A program made the position numbers and the translations under genes. DNA of 64,000 nt from an uncultured Bacteroidia bacterium. Its GTDB lineage: Bacteria; Bacteroidota; Bacteroidia; Bacteroidales; UBA932. The notes beneath the pieces were generated by a model. It was given only the letters and a program-made list of their open reading frames with translations. It searched no databases and was not told the DNA's origin. Location: assembly GCA_902790635.1 (NCBI GenBank), contig CADASN010000001.1:140515-204514 (forward strand), written 5' to 3'. Below are positions 18,546 through 28,466 of the stretch, piece by piece. How positions within the stretch are numbered: position 1 is the first letter of the stretch; each line of letters begins with the position of its first letter.

Positions 18546-18884
18546 ATGAAGAAATTGCTGATTATCCTCGTGCTGTCCCTGCTGGGAGCAGTGGCGGCGA
18601 ACGCTCAGGCGGTCTACAAGACCAGTTCCAGGAGCGATGCGAACGTGAAGGTCTATGTGACCTCGACCAAGAGCGAGGCCGACCTGGTGGTGTACCAGTG
18701 TGATTCCAAGAGCGAAGCCTCCGGCAACCAGGGCCTCTGGTACTTTGTCAGCTCTTTGAGCGATGCCCGAAAGAAGGTGTACTTCACGGACACGAAGTCC
18801 GACGCCGACATCGTGATCTACTACACCCGCACCAAGAGCGAGGCCTGCTGGCAGAACCGCAGCAAGTCCGGCAAGATGGACTAG
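18546..18884 (+). CDS. DUF6150-like small secreted repeat protein
   Basis: Signal peptide then repeats S(D/E)A(D/N)xxVY, GNQGLWYFV. Confidence 0.7.
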   Translation: MKKLLIILVLSLLGAVAANAQAVYKTSSRSDANVKVYVTSTKSEADLVVYQCDSKSEASGNQGLWYFVSSLSDARKKVYFTDTKSDADIVIYYTRTKSEACWQNRSKSGKMD

Positions 18885-18966
18885 CTGAGGCGCGCAGAGC
18901 GCCGAAAAAATGCTAACTTTGCAGTTCGAATGCGATCCCCGGTCAGGCCGGGGATAATGGAAGAAT

Positions 18967-20178
18967 ATGAATATCGAACTGGAAAACAAAGCGTTGCCGG
19001 TGCTGCTGATCACCGGTTATCTGGGGAGCGGGAAGACCACGCTCCTGAATCGAATCCTGACGAATCGCCGCGGCATCAAGTTCGCGGTGATTGTCAATGA
19101 CTTGGGTGAAGTCAATATCGATGCCGACCTGATTGAAAAGGGCGGCGTCGTGGGACAGACGGACGACAGTCTCGTCGCCCTGCAGAACGGCTGCATCTGC
19201 TGTACGCTCAAGATGGATCTGGTGGCGCAGCTGGAAGAGATCGCCCGGATGAAGCGTTTCGATTACATCGCGATCGAAGCCAGCGGCATCTGCGAGCCGG
19301 CCCCCATCGCGCAGACGATCAATTCCTACCTGCAGCTGGCCCGTCCGTCCTATCCGGGCGTCGCGATCCCGACTCTGGACTGCATCGTGACGGTCGTGGA
19401 TGCCCTGCGGATGAAGGATGAATTCGCCTGCGGCGCTGCGCTGCAGCGAGAGAATATCGACGAGGAGGATATCGAGAACCTCGTCATCGAGCAGATCGAA
19501 TTCTGCAACATCATCCTGCTCAACAAAGCTTCCGAACTGACGCCCGACGAACTTGGCCGCGTCAAGAGCATCGTCCGGGCCCTGCAGCCCAAAGCCGAGA
19601 TCCTGACCTGCGACTACGGCGAGGTCGAACTGGACAAACTCCTGCACACGGGGCTCTTCGACTTCGACCAGGTGGCCACCAGTGCCGCGTGGATCGCGGA
19701 GATCGAAGGGGATGACGACGAGGATGATGACCATGATGAGCATGAGCACGAAGAGCACGGGCACCATCATCATCACCACCATCATGACGAAGATGAAGGT
19801 GAAGCTGAGGAATACGGCATCGGAACCTATGTCTATGAGTCCCGCCCCGCGCTGGATATCAATAAGTTCGATTACATGGTCGCCAAGAAGTGGCCGGACG
19901 GGATCATCCGCGCGAAGGGCCTGTGCTATTTCAGCGCGGACACGGACAAGTGCTACCTCTTCGAGACCGCAGGCAAGCAGAAGACCCTCAAGGACGCAGG
20001 TTACTGGTTTGCCACCATGCCCAAGGACGAGTTGCAGGCGCTGATGGCGCGCGACGCCAAACTCCGCCGCGACTGGGATCCCGAGTACGGCGACCGGATG
20101 AACAAGATCGTCTTCATCGGACAGCATCTCGACAAGGAACTGATTGAGCATCTGATGGACAGCTGCCTCGAAGCGTAG
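18967..20178 (+). CDS. CobW/COG0523 G3E GTPase metallochaperone
   Basis: TGYLGSGKTT, VNDLGEVNIDA, NGCICCT, IEASG, NKAS, His/Asp-rich linker, RAKG C-terminal domain. Confidence 0.95.
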   Translation: MNIELENKALPVLLITGYLGSGKTTLLNRILTNRRGIKFAVIVNDLGEVNIDADLIEKGGVVGQTDDSLVALQNGCICCTLKMDLVAQLEEIARMKRFDYIAIEASGICEPAPIAQTINSYLQLARPSYPGVAIPTLDCIVTVVDALRMKDEFACGAALQRENIDEEDIENLVIEQIEFCNIILLNKASELTPDELGRVKSIVRALQPKAEILTCDYGEVELDKLLHTGLFDFDQVATSAAWIAEIEGDDDEDDDHDEHEHEEHGHHHHHHHHDEDEGEAEEYGIGTYVYESRPALDINKFDYMVAKKWPDGIIRAKGLCYFSADTDKCYLFETAGKQKTLKDAGYWFATMPKDELQALMARDAKLRRDWDPEYGDRMNKIVFIGQHLDKELIEHLMDSCLEA

Positions 20179-20182
20179 CGGC

Positions 20183-21169
20183 ATGTATTCCGAGTTTTTC
20201 TCCATCCTGGTCCTCCTGCTGCTTGTGTCATTGGCGCTGTTGGTGCTGAATGCCGTGGCGGCCGGCCTGCTGGCCCTGCTGTGCAAACTGGCGTTCTGGC
20301 GCTGTTTCCGCTGGGGTCTGCTGGCGCTGGCCGTTCCTCCGCTGCTGCTGGTTTACGGAATCCTCGTGGAGCGCAACCTCTATCGGGTGAACGAGGTGGA
20401 GATTGTCTCGGAGACACTTCCTGCTGCATTCGACGGTTATACGCTGGTCCAGTTATCCGACATCCACGCCCGTTCCTTCCGGCTTCGTCCGAAGTCGATG
20501 GAGCGGGCCGTAGCCCGGGTCAACGCCCTGCAGGCGGACCTGATCGTATTCACGGGTGATCTCGTCACCATCGGCCCGGACGAACTGGAGCCCGTGCGGG
20601 GCGCACTGGCCGGGCTGCATGCGCCGGACGGCGTCCTTTCCGTTCTGGGCAACCACGACTATTGCCCCTATCTGCGGGTCAGCGACGCGCCCCGGCTCAA
20701 CCGTGAAGCGATGGAGTTGGTCGAGAAAGGGGAGCGTGCGATGGGCTGGCAGCTGCTGCTCAACGAAAACGTGAAAATCGCCCGCGGCAGCGACACCCTG
20801 GCTGTCCTGGGCGTGGAGAACATCAGCACTTCCCGCTCCTTTCCGTCCACGGGCGACCTGGCCAGGGCGATGGAGGGAACGCGGGACTGCTGGCGCATCC
20901 TGCTGAGCCACGATCCGACCCATTGGGAAAAGGAGGTGGTGGGGAAGGAAGACATCCCGCTGACGCTCAGCGGTCACACCCACGCCGCCCAGGTGAGTTT
21001 CTTCGGCCTATGGACACCTAGCAGTCTGCTCTATCCGCACAACCGGGGGCTTTACAAGGAGCAAGGGCAGTATCTTTACGTCAATATCGGTCTCGGGGAG
21101 ACCATCTTCCCGGCCCGCATTGGAGCGGTTCCGGAGATTACGCGGATCACCTTGCGCCGCCCGGCCTGA
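20183..21169 (+). CDS. Membrane-anchored metallophosphoesterase (YkuE/YaeI-like)
   Basis: SDIH, TGDL, LGNHD, LLSHDP, LSGHTH. Confidence 0.92.
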   Translation: MYSEFFSILVLLLLVSLALLVLNAVAAGLLALLCKLAFWRCFRWGLLALAVPPLLLVYGILVERNLYRVNEVEIVSETLPAAFDGYTLVQLSDIHARSFRLRPKSMERAVARVNALQADLIVFTGDLVTIGPDELEPVRGALAGLHAPDGVLSVLGNHDYCPYLRVSDAPRLNREAMELVEKGERAMGWQLLLNENVKIARGSDTLAVLGVENISTSRSFPSTGDLARAMEGTRDCWRILLSHDPTHWEKEVVGKEDIPLTLSGHTHAAQVSFFGLWTPSSLLYPHNRGLYKEQGQYLYVNIGLGETIFPARIGAVPEITRITLRRPA

Positions 21170-21178
21170 GCGCAGGAC

Positions 21179-22117
21179 CTACAGCAGGAAGAACAGCGCC
21201 ACACCGGTCATGCTCACGATTACGCCCAGGATCTCCTTGGGCGTGATTTTCTGTTTGTAGATCAAGGCGTAGGGGAGGAGGATGAGCACGGGGGTGAGGG
21301 CCATCAGGGTAGAGGCGATGCCGGCACGCGCATACTGTACGGCCATCAGCGAAAGCGATACGCCGATGAAGGGCCCGAAGAGGGTGGTCAGGGCGGTGAA
21401 TTTCATTCCCGTCCGGTTATGGACGGCTGCGCGCAGCTGAGGAAGCATGCCGAAGATGGCCATGAGCACGAAAAATCCGACCATGCCTGTCAGCGAACGG
21501 ATCATCGTAGAAGCGAAGGGCATGGCCCAGCTGAAGGCGGCGGGGGCGTCTGCGGGCAAGGCCGACTCATAATGCTGCATGCCGATCTTGCTGAGCACCA
21601 GTCCGACGCCCTGGCCCATGCCGGCGCCGATGCCGAGAAGAACGCCCTTGAGCGGCAGCCGGAGCGTGAGATGGTGTCCGTCGCGGGAACGGCTGAGGAT
21701 GGAGATGGCGATACCCGACAGGGTGACTGCCATGGCCAGTACGGATTTCCAGGAGAGTGTCTCGCCCAGCAGCGCCCAGCCCGCGATGGCTGCGAAGACG
21801 GGGGCGAGCGTCATGAAGAGCTGCCCGAAACGCGCGCCGATGACGATGTAGGAGTTGAAAAGGCAGAAATCCCCGAATACATAGCCGACCAGGGCGGAGA
21901 GCCCCATCCAGAGCCAGGTCTTGCCGTCCGCAAAGGCGGGATAAGGATGCCCGACGGCAATCCAGAGCAGCCCGGCGAGCAGGATGGCGGAGAAAATCAT
22001 GCGGAAGAGATTGGTGCTCATCGCACCGATGCGCCGGCTTGCCTGGTCGGCAAACAGCGCCGTCGCCGTCCACATGACGGCCACGACCAGCGAGATGATT
22101 TCCCCGAGATAATGCAT
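21179..22117 (-). CDS. DMT/EamA family transporter
   Basis: About ten TM segments in two repeats; LAPVFAAIAGWALLGE. Confidence 0.88.
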   Translation of the reverse strand: MHYLGEIISLVVAVMWTATALFADQASRRIGAMSTNLFRMIFSAILLAGLLWIAVGHPYPAFADGKTWLWMGLSALVGYVFGDFCLFNSYIVIGARFGQLFMTLAPVFAAIAGWALLGETLSWKSVLAMAVTLSGIAISILSRSRDGHHLTLRLPLKGVLLGIGAGMGQGVGLVLSKIGMQHYESALPADAPAAFSWAMPFASTMIRSLTGMVGFFVLMAIFGMLPQLRAAVHNRTGMKFTALTTLFGPFIGVSLSLMAVQYARAGIASTLMALTPVLILLPYALIYKQKITPKEILGVIVSMTGVALFFLL

Positions 22118-22201
22118 ACACTACGGACAGAAACGGGGACAAAAGTACAAAAAAACCATTATATTTGTAAGACTAACGATAATAATGCTAGGACTTCAAC
22201 C

Positions 22202-23587
22202 ATGAGTTTTCTTATGATCATCGAACTGCTGATCGTGCTGGCCGCACTCTATGTCGGCTCACGCTACGGCAGTCTGGCGCTGGGCGCCATTTCGGGCATC
22301 GGGCTTGCCATCCTCGTGTTCGGCTTCGGCCTCAAGCCCGGAACTCCACCGACGGACGTCATCTATATCATCATCGCAGCCGTGACCTGTGCGGGCACCC
22401 TGCAGGCGTCCGGAGGTATGGACTGGATGATCCAGGTCGCCGAGAAGATGCTTCGCAAGCATCCGGAGCACATTACTTTCCTCGGCCCGCTGGTGACCTT
22501 TTTCCTGACCGTCCTGGTGGGTACGGGACATGTCGTCTATACGATCATGCCGATCATCTGCGACATCGCGCTCAAGAAGAACATCCGTCCGGAGCGTCCC
22601 TGCGGCGTGGCTTCCATCGCTTCGCAGGTGGGTATCACCTGCTCGCCGATCGCCGCTGCCGTGGTCGCCTTCGTCACGATCTCCAACGCCAACGGCTTCA
22701 TGGTTTCCATCCCGCAAGTGCTGATGGTGACGATTCCGGCTTGCCTGTGCGGGTTGATGTGCGCCGCCGCCGCTTCTTTCAAGCGCGGCAAGGATCTGGA
22801 CAAGGATCCCGAGTTCCTGAAGCGCAAGGCCGATCCCGAGATGTATAAATATATGTATGGCAGCAGTGCCACCACCCTGGACAAGGTGATCACCAAGGAA
22901 GCGAAGGCTTCCGTGTTCGTCTTCCTGGGTGCCCTGCTGGTCATCGTGCTCTTCGCTTTCTGCCAGATGATCCATGTCACGAAGGGAGGGGAGAGTGTCA
23001 CGCTCGCCTCGGCCATCAACCTGCCGAAAATGAACATCATCATCCAGATCATCATGCTGACGGCCGCCGCGGCCAACATCATGTTCTGCAAGGCCCAGCC
23101 CAAGAAGGCCGTCGGCGGTGCAGTCTGGCAGTCCGGCATGGTGGCCGTCGTGGCCATCTACGGCATCGCCTGGCTGGCCGACACCTATTTCGGCAACTAC
23201 ATGGACCAGATGAAGGTGATGCTGACGGATATCGTGACCAACTATCCCTGGTCCATCGCCTTCGTGTTCTTCCTCGTCTCGGTGCTGATCAACTCCCAGG
23301 GGGCCGTGGTCGTGGCGATGCTTCCGCTCGCCTATGAACTGGGCATTGCGGGACCCGTGCTGCTGGGCGTGCTGCCGAGTGTGTACGGTTATTTCTTCAT
23401 CCCGAACTATCCGTCCGATATCGCCACGGTCAATTTCGACCGTTCCGGGACGACGGTGATCGGTAAGTACCTGTTGAACCACTCCTTCATGATGCCGGGA
23501 CTGATCTGCGTAACCGTATCTACGATAATCGGTTATCTGATCACGAATGTATTCTTCCACGGATACTTCCTCAGCTTCGTGCAGTAG
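22202..23587 (+). CDS. Anaerobic C4-dicarboxylate transporter DcuA/DcuB family
   Basis: GTGHVVY, IRPERP, ASQVGITCSPI, FFIPNYPSD, FDRSGTT.IGKY..NHSF; true start 22202 rather than 21419. Confidence 0.93.
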   Translation: MSFLMIIELLIVLAALYVGSRYGSLALGAISGIGLAILVFGFGLKPGTPPTDVIYIIIAAVTCAGTLQASGGMDWMIQVAEKMLRKHPEHITFLGPLVTFFLTVLVGTGHVVYTIMPIICDIALKKNIRPERPCGVASIASQVGITCSPIAAAVVAFVTISNANGFMVSIPQVLMVTIPACLCGLMCAAAASFKRGKDLDKDPEFLKRKADPEMYKYMYGSSATTLDKVITKEAKASVFVFLGALLVIVLFAFCQMIHVTKGGESVTLASAINLPKMNIIIQIIMLTAAAANIMFCKAQPKKAVGGAVWQSGMVAVVAIYGIAWLADTYFGNYMDQMKVMLTDIVTNYPWSIAFVFFLVSVLINSQGAVVVAMLPLAYELGIAGPVLLGVLPSVYGYFFIPNYPSDIATVNFDRSGTTVIGKYLLNHSFMMPGLICVTVSTIIGYLITNVFFHGYFLSFVQ

Positions 23588-23667
23588 CAGCCTCCGAATC
23601 TTTTCGCGGCTGTCGCAGGTTTTTCCGTTTTTTTGCGTAACTTTCGCAATGATAAACCTTTTTTGCC

Positions 23668-24897
23668 GTGAAACCCAGATTCCGTTTCCTGACCATATTG
23701 TGCCTGTTTGCCTGCATGCTGGCATACGGGCAGACGGATTCCCTTCGCTACGTCGTCCGCGGTACCGTGCGGGATGCATCCGGCGGAAAGCCGCTGGCCT
23801 ATGTGTCCGTAACCCTGCCGGGAACCCATTTCGCCACGGTCACGAACCAGGACGGCTCCTTCGTGATCAAATCTGACATCCCGCCCCGCTTCGTGTCCTT
23901 CTCCCTGCTGGGATACAAGGTGCTTACCGTGCCGGCGGACCGCGACCAGATGATGCGCGTCAGCATGAACCGGGGCGAATTCACGCTGGACCCGGCCCAG
24001 ATCATCTCCGGAGACCCGCTGACCATCCTGCGGGAAGCGATCTACAAGATCTCGGAGAACTGCCCTTCGGAGCCGGAACTGTTCGAGTGCTTCTACCGGG
24101 AGACGGCCCAGAAGCGCGGCCGCTTCATCTATGTCTCCGAGGCGGTCACCAAGATGTACAAGACCTCGTTCCGCAACCTTTTCGGCCGGGACCGCACCGC
24201 CGTCGAGAAGAGCCGGCTGCTGACGAGTCCCCGACGCTCGGATACCCTGGCGGTGAAAGTGATAGGCGGCCCTACCCAGGCGGTGGACCTTGACTTGGTC
24301 AAGAGCCGGGCCATGATCCTCAATGAGACCGATCTGGAGGACTATATGCTCGAGATGATGGACCCGATCATGCTGGACGACCGCCGGCAAATCGTGATCA
24401 AACTGACCCCGACCCTGGTGTCCGACTTCGCGCAGCAGCACGGTGTGGTCTATATCGACCAGGAGACCATGTCCTTTACCCGGATCGAGATGTCCCTGGA
24501 CATGTCCAACCCCGACAAGGCGACTCGCGTGATGCTGGTCAAGAAGCCGGCCGACATCCGTTTCCGGCCCAGGGAGATGTCCCTGCTGCTCAACTACAAG
24601 CGGGAGGACGGCAAAAGCCGCCTGAGCTATGTCCGCACGGTCTTCCGTTTCAACTGCGGCACCCGCAGGCAACTCTGGAATGCCGACTATACCGCGATTG
24701 CGGAAATGGTTGTCACGAACCGTTTCAACGGGGTGGATGCCGTGCCGATCGACCGACTGGAGAGTTTCCGCAGCAACGAATCCCTGGCTGACAAGACCCA
24801 GGTCTATGCCGATCCCGATTTCTGGAAGGGCTACAACATCATCGAACCGACCGAGAGCCTCGAGCACGCCTTGGGACACCTTCGTAAGGAAGAATAG
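23668..24897 (+). CDS. Carboxypeptidase-like regulatory domain-containing secreted protein
   Basis: GTVRDASGGKPLAYVSV...TVTNQDGSF, FYRE, DPDFWKGYNII; GTG start. Confidence 0.8.
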   Translation: MKPRFRFLTILCLFACMLAYGQTDSLRYVVRGTVRDASGGKPLAYVSVTLPGTHFATVTNQDGSFVIKSDIPPRFVSFSLLGYKVLTVPADRDQMMRVSMNRGEFTLDPAQIISGDPLTILREAIYKISENCPSEPELFECFYRETAQKRGRFIYVSEAVTKMYKTSFRNLFGRDRTAVEKSRLLTSPRRSDTLAVKVIGGPTQAVDLDLVKSRAMILNETDLEDYMLEMMDPIMLDDRRQIVIKLTPTLVSDFAQQHGVVYIDQETMSFTRIEMSLDMSNPDKATRVMLVKKPADIRFRPREMSLLLNYKREDGKSRLSYVRTVFRFNCGTRRQLWNADYTAIAEMVVTNRFNGVDAVPIDRLESFRSNESLADKTQVYADPDFWKGYNIIEPTESLEHALGHLRKEE

Positions 24898-24960
24898 TGC
24901 CGGAACTCTTGTTTTCCTGCCCGGAATCTTTTATCTTTGTTTGGTTAGTTAAGTTTTTCT

Positions 24961-26559
24961 ATGTCTGATAAAAGATTGCTGCTGGGCGATGAAGCCGTAG
25001 CGCTGGGTGCCCTGCACGCGGGTCTATCCGGTGTCTATGCCTATCCCGGCACCCCTTCAACTGAGATTACAGAGTACATCCAGCAGAGCCCCCTCGCGCG
25101 TGAGCGCGGGGTGCGGAGCCGCTGGTGTACCAATGAGAAAACAGCGATGGAAGCAGCGCTGGGCATGTCCTATGCCGGCAAGCGCGCCCTGGTCTGCATG
25201 AAACACGTGGGCATGAACGTCTGTGCCGACGCTTTCATCAATGCCGCGGTGACCGGCGTCAAAGGTGGCCTGGTGGTGCTCGCCGCCGACGATCCTTCGA
25301 TGCATTCGTCACAGAATGAGCAGGATTCCCGCTTTTACGGGAAATTCGCCATGGTGCCTATCCTGGAGCCTTCCTCGCAGCAGGAGGCCTTCGATATGGT
25401 TGCGGAAGCCTTCTGCCTGTCGGAGCGCTTCCGGCTGCCGGTCCTGATGCGTCTGGTCACGCGCCTGGCGCATTCCCGTGCCGCCGTGTCGGTCGGGGAG
25501 CCGGCACCGCAGAATGCTTTTGCGCCGGATGACGAACGCACCCGCTGGGTGCTGCTGCCCGGCAATGCGAAGCGCCAGTATGCGTCGCTGATTGCGCAGC
25601 AGCCTGCGATCGCGGGTTGCGCAGAGGATTCGCCGTTCAACCGGCTCGAACTCTCCCAGGCTCATTCCCTCGGCGTCGTTGCCGCCGGCATCGGCTACAA
25701 TTACGTCCGGGAGATGCTTCCCGCCGGGGTGTCCGTGCTGAAAGTGTCCCAGTACCCGGTCCCTGCCCGGCAGGTCCGGGAACTGGCGGCGCAGTGCGGG
25801 CGCCTGTTGGTCGTCGAAGACGGCCAGCCCTTTGTCGAAGAGCAGGTCCGCGGGCTGCTCGGTCCCGAAGCCACGGTGCTGGGACGCCTGAGCGGCGACC
25901 TGCCGCGGACGGGCGAACTGACCCCCGACTGCGTCGCGGCCGCCCTGGGCGTGTCCGGTGCCCGGCCTTTCGCGAAAGCGGAGCACCTGGCTCCCCGTCC
26001 GCCCCAGCTCTGCCAGGGCTGCGGCCACCGCGATGTCTATGCGGCGCTGAATCGTGTCGCGGCGGAGTTCCCCGGTGCACGCATTTTCGGGGATATCGGT
26101 TGCTACACGCTGGGCGCATTGCCGCCGTTCCGCGCCATCGACTCCTGCGTGGACATGGGCGCTTCGATCACGATGGCCAAGGGAGCGGCCGACGCCGGCC
26201 AGCGTCCCGCCATCGCCGTGATCGGTGACTCGACCTTCACGCATTCCGGGATGACCGGCCTGCTGGATGCCGTCAACGACCATGCTGCCATCACGGTGAT
26301 CATCAGCGATAACCTCACGACGGCCATGACCGGCGGACAGGACTCCGCGGGCACGCACAAATTCGAAGCCATCTGCCTGGCGCTCGGCGTGGAGCGGGAG
26401 CACCTGCATGTCGTGGAGCCCCTGCCGAAGAACCTCGACGAGATCACGCGCATCCTGCGCGAAGAAATTGCCTATGAAGGCGTCTCCGTCATCATCCCGC
26501 AGCGCGAGTGCATGCAGACGCTCGCGCGCAAACTCCGTCAGAAAAAGCAAGCGAAATGA
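24961..26559 (+). CDS. iorA: Indolepyruvate:ferredoxin oxidoreductase alpha subunit
   Basis: LLGDEAVA, AYPGTPSTEI, NEKTAME, MKHVGMN, RPPQLCQGCGHR, GDIGCY, IGDSTFTHSG. Confidence 0.95.
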   Translation: MSDKRLLLGDEAVALGALHAGLSGVYAYPGTPSTEITEYIQQSPLARERGVRSRWCTNEKTAMEAALGMSYAGKRALVCMKHVGMNVCADAFINAAVTGVKGGLVVLAADDPSMHSSQNEQDSRFYGKFAMVPILEPSSQQEAFDMVAEAFCLSERFRLPVLMRLVTRLAHSRAAVSVGEPAPQNAFAPDDERTRWVLLPGNAKRQYASLIAQQPAIAGCAEDSPFNRLELSQAHSLGVVAAGIGYNYVREMLPAGVSVLKVSQYPVPARQVRELAAQCGRLLVVEDGQPFVEEQVRGLLGPEATVLGRLSGDLPRTGELTPDCVAAALGVSGARPFAKAEHLAPRPPQLCQGCGHRDVYAALNRVAAEFPGARIFGDIGCYTLGALPPFRAIDSCVDMGASITMAKGAADAGQRPAIAVIGDSTFTHSGMTGLLDAVNDHAAITVIISDNLTTAMTGGQDSAGTHKFEAICLALGVEREHLHVVEPLPKNLDEITRILREEIAYEGVSVIIPQRECMQTLARKLRQKKQAK

Positions 26560-27149
26560 ACAGAATCGATATCAAACTCTGCGGCGTAGGCGGACAGGGC
26601 ATCCTCTCGATCGCCACGGTCCTCGGCGAAGCCGCTACGCTTTCCGGGCTGCAGCTCAAGCAGGCCGAAGTCCATGGGATGAGCCAGCGCGGCGGGGACG
26701 TGCAGAGCGACCTGCGTCTCAGCACGGAACCTATCTGGAGTGACCTGATCCCCCTGGGGGGCGCCGGCCTGATCGTCTCGATGGAGCCGATGGAAGCCCT
26801 GCGCTACCTGCCTTACCTGGCCCCGGACGGGGTGGTCGTGACCGCTTCGAAGCCCTTTGTAAATATTCCCGACTATCCGGATGAGGCGGCGCTGCTCGCC
26901 GAACTGGACGCCCTTCCGCATACCGTGCGGCTGGACATTGAGGAAGTGGCCCGCGAGAGCGGCCTGCCCAAAAGTGCCAACATGGTCCTGCTCGGGATGG
27001 CCGCCCCCTACATCGGGCTCTTGTCGGAAGCACAGTTGCGCGAAGCCATCGCGCGCGTATTCGCGCGCAAGGGAGACGCGGTCGTCCAGGCCAATCTCCA
27101 GGCTTTCGGCCTGGGACTCTCCCACAGCATGAAAACCGTTAGTAAATAG
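26556..27149 (+). CDS. iorB: Indolepyruvate:ferredoxin oxidoreductase beta subunit
   Basis: GVGGQGIL, EVHGMSQRGG, NMVLLG; ATG overlaps the iorA stop. Confidence 0.95.
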   Translation: MNRIDIKLCGVGGQGILSIATVLGEAATLSGLQLKQAEVHGMSQRGGDVQSDLRLSTEPIWSDLIPLGGAGLIVSMEPMEALRYLPYLAPDGVVVTASKPFVNIPDYPDEAALLAELDALPHTVRLDIEEVARESGLPKSANMVLLGMAAPYIGLLSEAQLREAIARVFARKGDAVVQANLQAFGLGLSHSMKTVSK

Positions 27150-27155
27150 TGTATT

Positions 27156-28466
27156 ATGATCTGGAACCCCAACAAAGAGTGTATGGGTCGCGAGCAGATG
27201 CGCGAACTGCAGGGCAAACGTTTGCACAAGGTCGTGGAGTATGTCTACCACCACGTGCCCTTCTATCGCCACAAACTGCAGGAGATGGACTTGTCGCCGG
27301 ATGACATCCGGACGATCGACGACATCGTGAAGCTGCCGTACACGACCAAAAAAGACCTGCGGGACAACTATCCTTTCGGTCTGCAGGCCGCTCCTCCGAG
27401 CGAAATCATCCGCATCCACGCTTCCTCCGGGACCACCGGCAATCCGACCATCGTGGGCTATACCCGCAAGGATATCGGCGTGTGGAGCGAGTGCATGGCC
27501 CGCTGCCTGACTGCCTATGGCGTCGGCCGTGACGACACGTTCTCCGTGTCCTACGGCTATGGCCTGTTCACCGGCGGACTGGGCGCCCACAACGGCGTGG
27601 AGATGGTAGGTGCGGCCGTGGTGCCCGCTTCGACGGGCAACACGGAGAAGCATGCGCGCCTGATCCGCGACCTGGGGATTACCGGCATCGCCTGCACCCC
27701 TTCGTATGCCCTGTATCTCGCCGAGACGATGGACCGGCTCGGCATCTCCAAGGATGAGATCAAGCTGCGCGTCGGCGCTTTCGGCGCCGAACCCTGGACC
27801 GAGAACATGCGCAAGGAGATCCAGGACCGGCTGGGACTCAAGGGATTCAACCTCTATGGCCTGAGCGAGATCATGGGTCCGAGCGTGAGCTATGAGTGTG
27901 AGGAGCAGCACGGCTCCCATATCAACGAAGACCATTTCTTCCCGGAGATCATCGATCCGGTCACGCTGGAGCCGCTTCCCGCCGGGCAGACGGGCGAACT
28001 CGTTTTCACGACCCTCACCAAGGAGGGCATGCCCGTGCTGCGCTACCGCACGCGCGACCTCTGCTCGATCCTGCCGGGTGAGTGCCCCTGCGGGCGCACC
28101 AATGTCCGGATGTCCGCCATCCAGGGACGCACCGACGACATGCTCATCATCCGCGGTATCAATGTCTTCCCGTCGCAGGTGGAGAGCGTCGTGCTGACGA
28201 TGAAGGAGTTCGCTCCGCTGTACATGCTCATCGTGGACCGTGTCAACAACCTCGACACGCTGATGGTCCAGGTCGAGCTGCGGCCGGACTTTTTCAACGC
28301 CACGCTCGATACGCCGGCTGCCATCGAAGAGCTTGAGCAGCGCTTCGCCGCCAAGCTCCGCAGCGTGCTGAGCATCGGCGCCAAGGTCCAGATCAAAGCC
28401 CCCGGCACCATCGAGCGCAGCCAGGGCAAGAGCACCCATGTTATCGATAAACGTCAATTGAAATGA
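27156..28466 (+). CDS. paaK: Phenylacetate-CoA ligase
   Basis: HASSGTTGNP, GYGLFTGGLG, GAEPW, YGLSE, RYRTRD, GRTDDM. Confidence 0.94.
   Translation: MIWNPNKECMGREQMRELQGKRLHKVVEYVYHHVPFYRHKLQEMDLSPDDIRTIDDIVKLPYTTKKDLRDNYPFGLQAAPPSEIIRIHASSGTTGNPTIVGYTRKDIGVWSECMARCLTAYGVGRDDTFSVSYGYGLFTGGLGAHNGVEMVGAAVVPASTGNTEKHARLIRDLGITGIACTPSYALYLAETMDRLGISKDEIKLRVGAFGAEPWTENMRKEIQDRLGLKGFNLYGLSEIMGPSVSYECEEQHGSHINEDHFFPEIIDPVTLEPLPAGQTGELVFTTLTKEGMPVLRYRTRDLCSILPGECPCGRTNVRMSAIQGRTDDMLIIRGINVFPSQVESVVLTMKEFAPLYMLIVDRVNNLDTLMVQVELRPDFFNATLDTPAAIEELEQRFAAKLRSVLSIGAKVQIKAPGTIERSQGKSTHVIDKRQLK

Noticed and set aside
19711-19800. Low-complexity GAT/CAT/CAC run
   Set aside because: Encodes the normal His/Asp-rich linker of COG0523 proteins, not a tandem array
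21419-22201. Apparent 260-aa N-terminal extension on the Dcu transporter
   Set aside because: It is the antisense of the DMT gene; Dcu homology and a -7 element indicate the start at 22202
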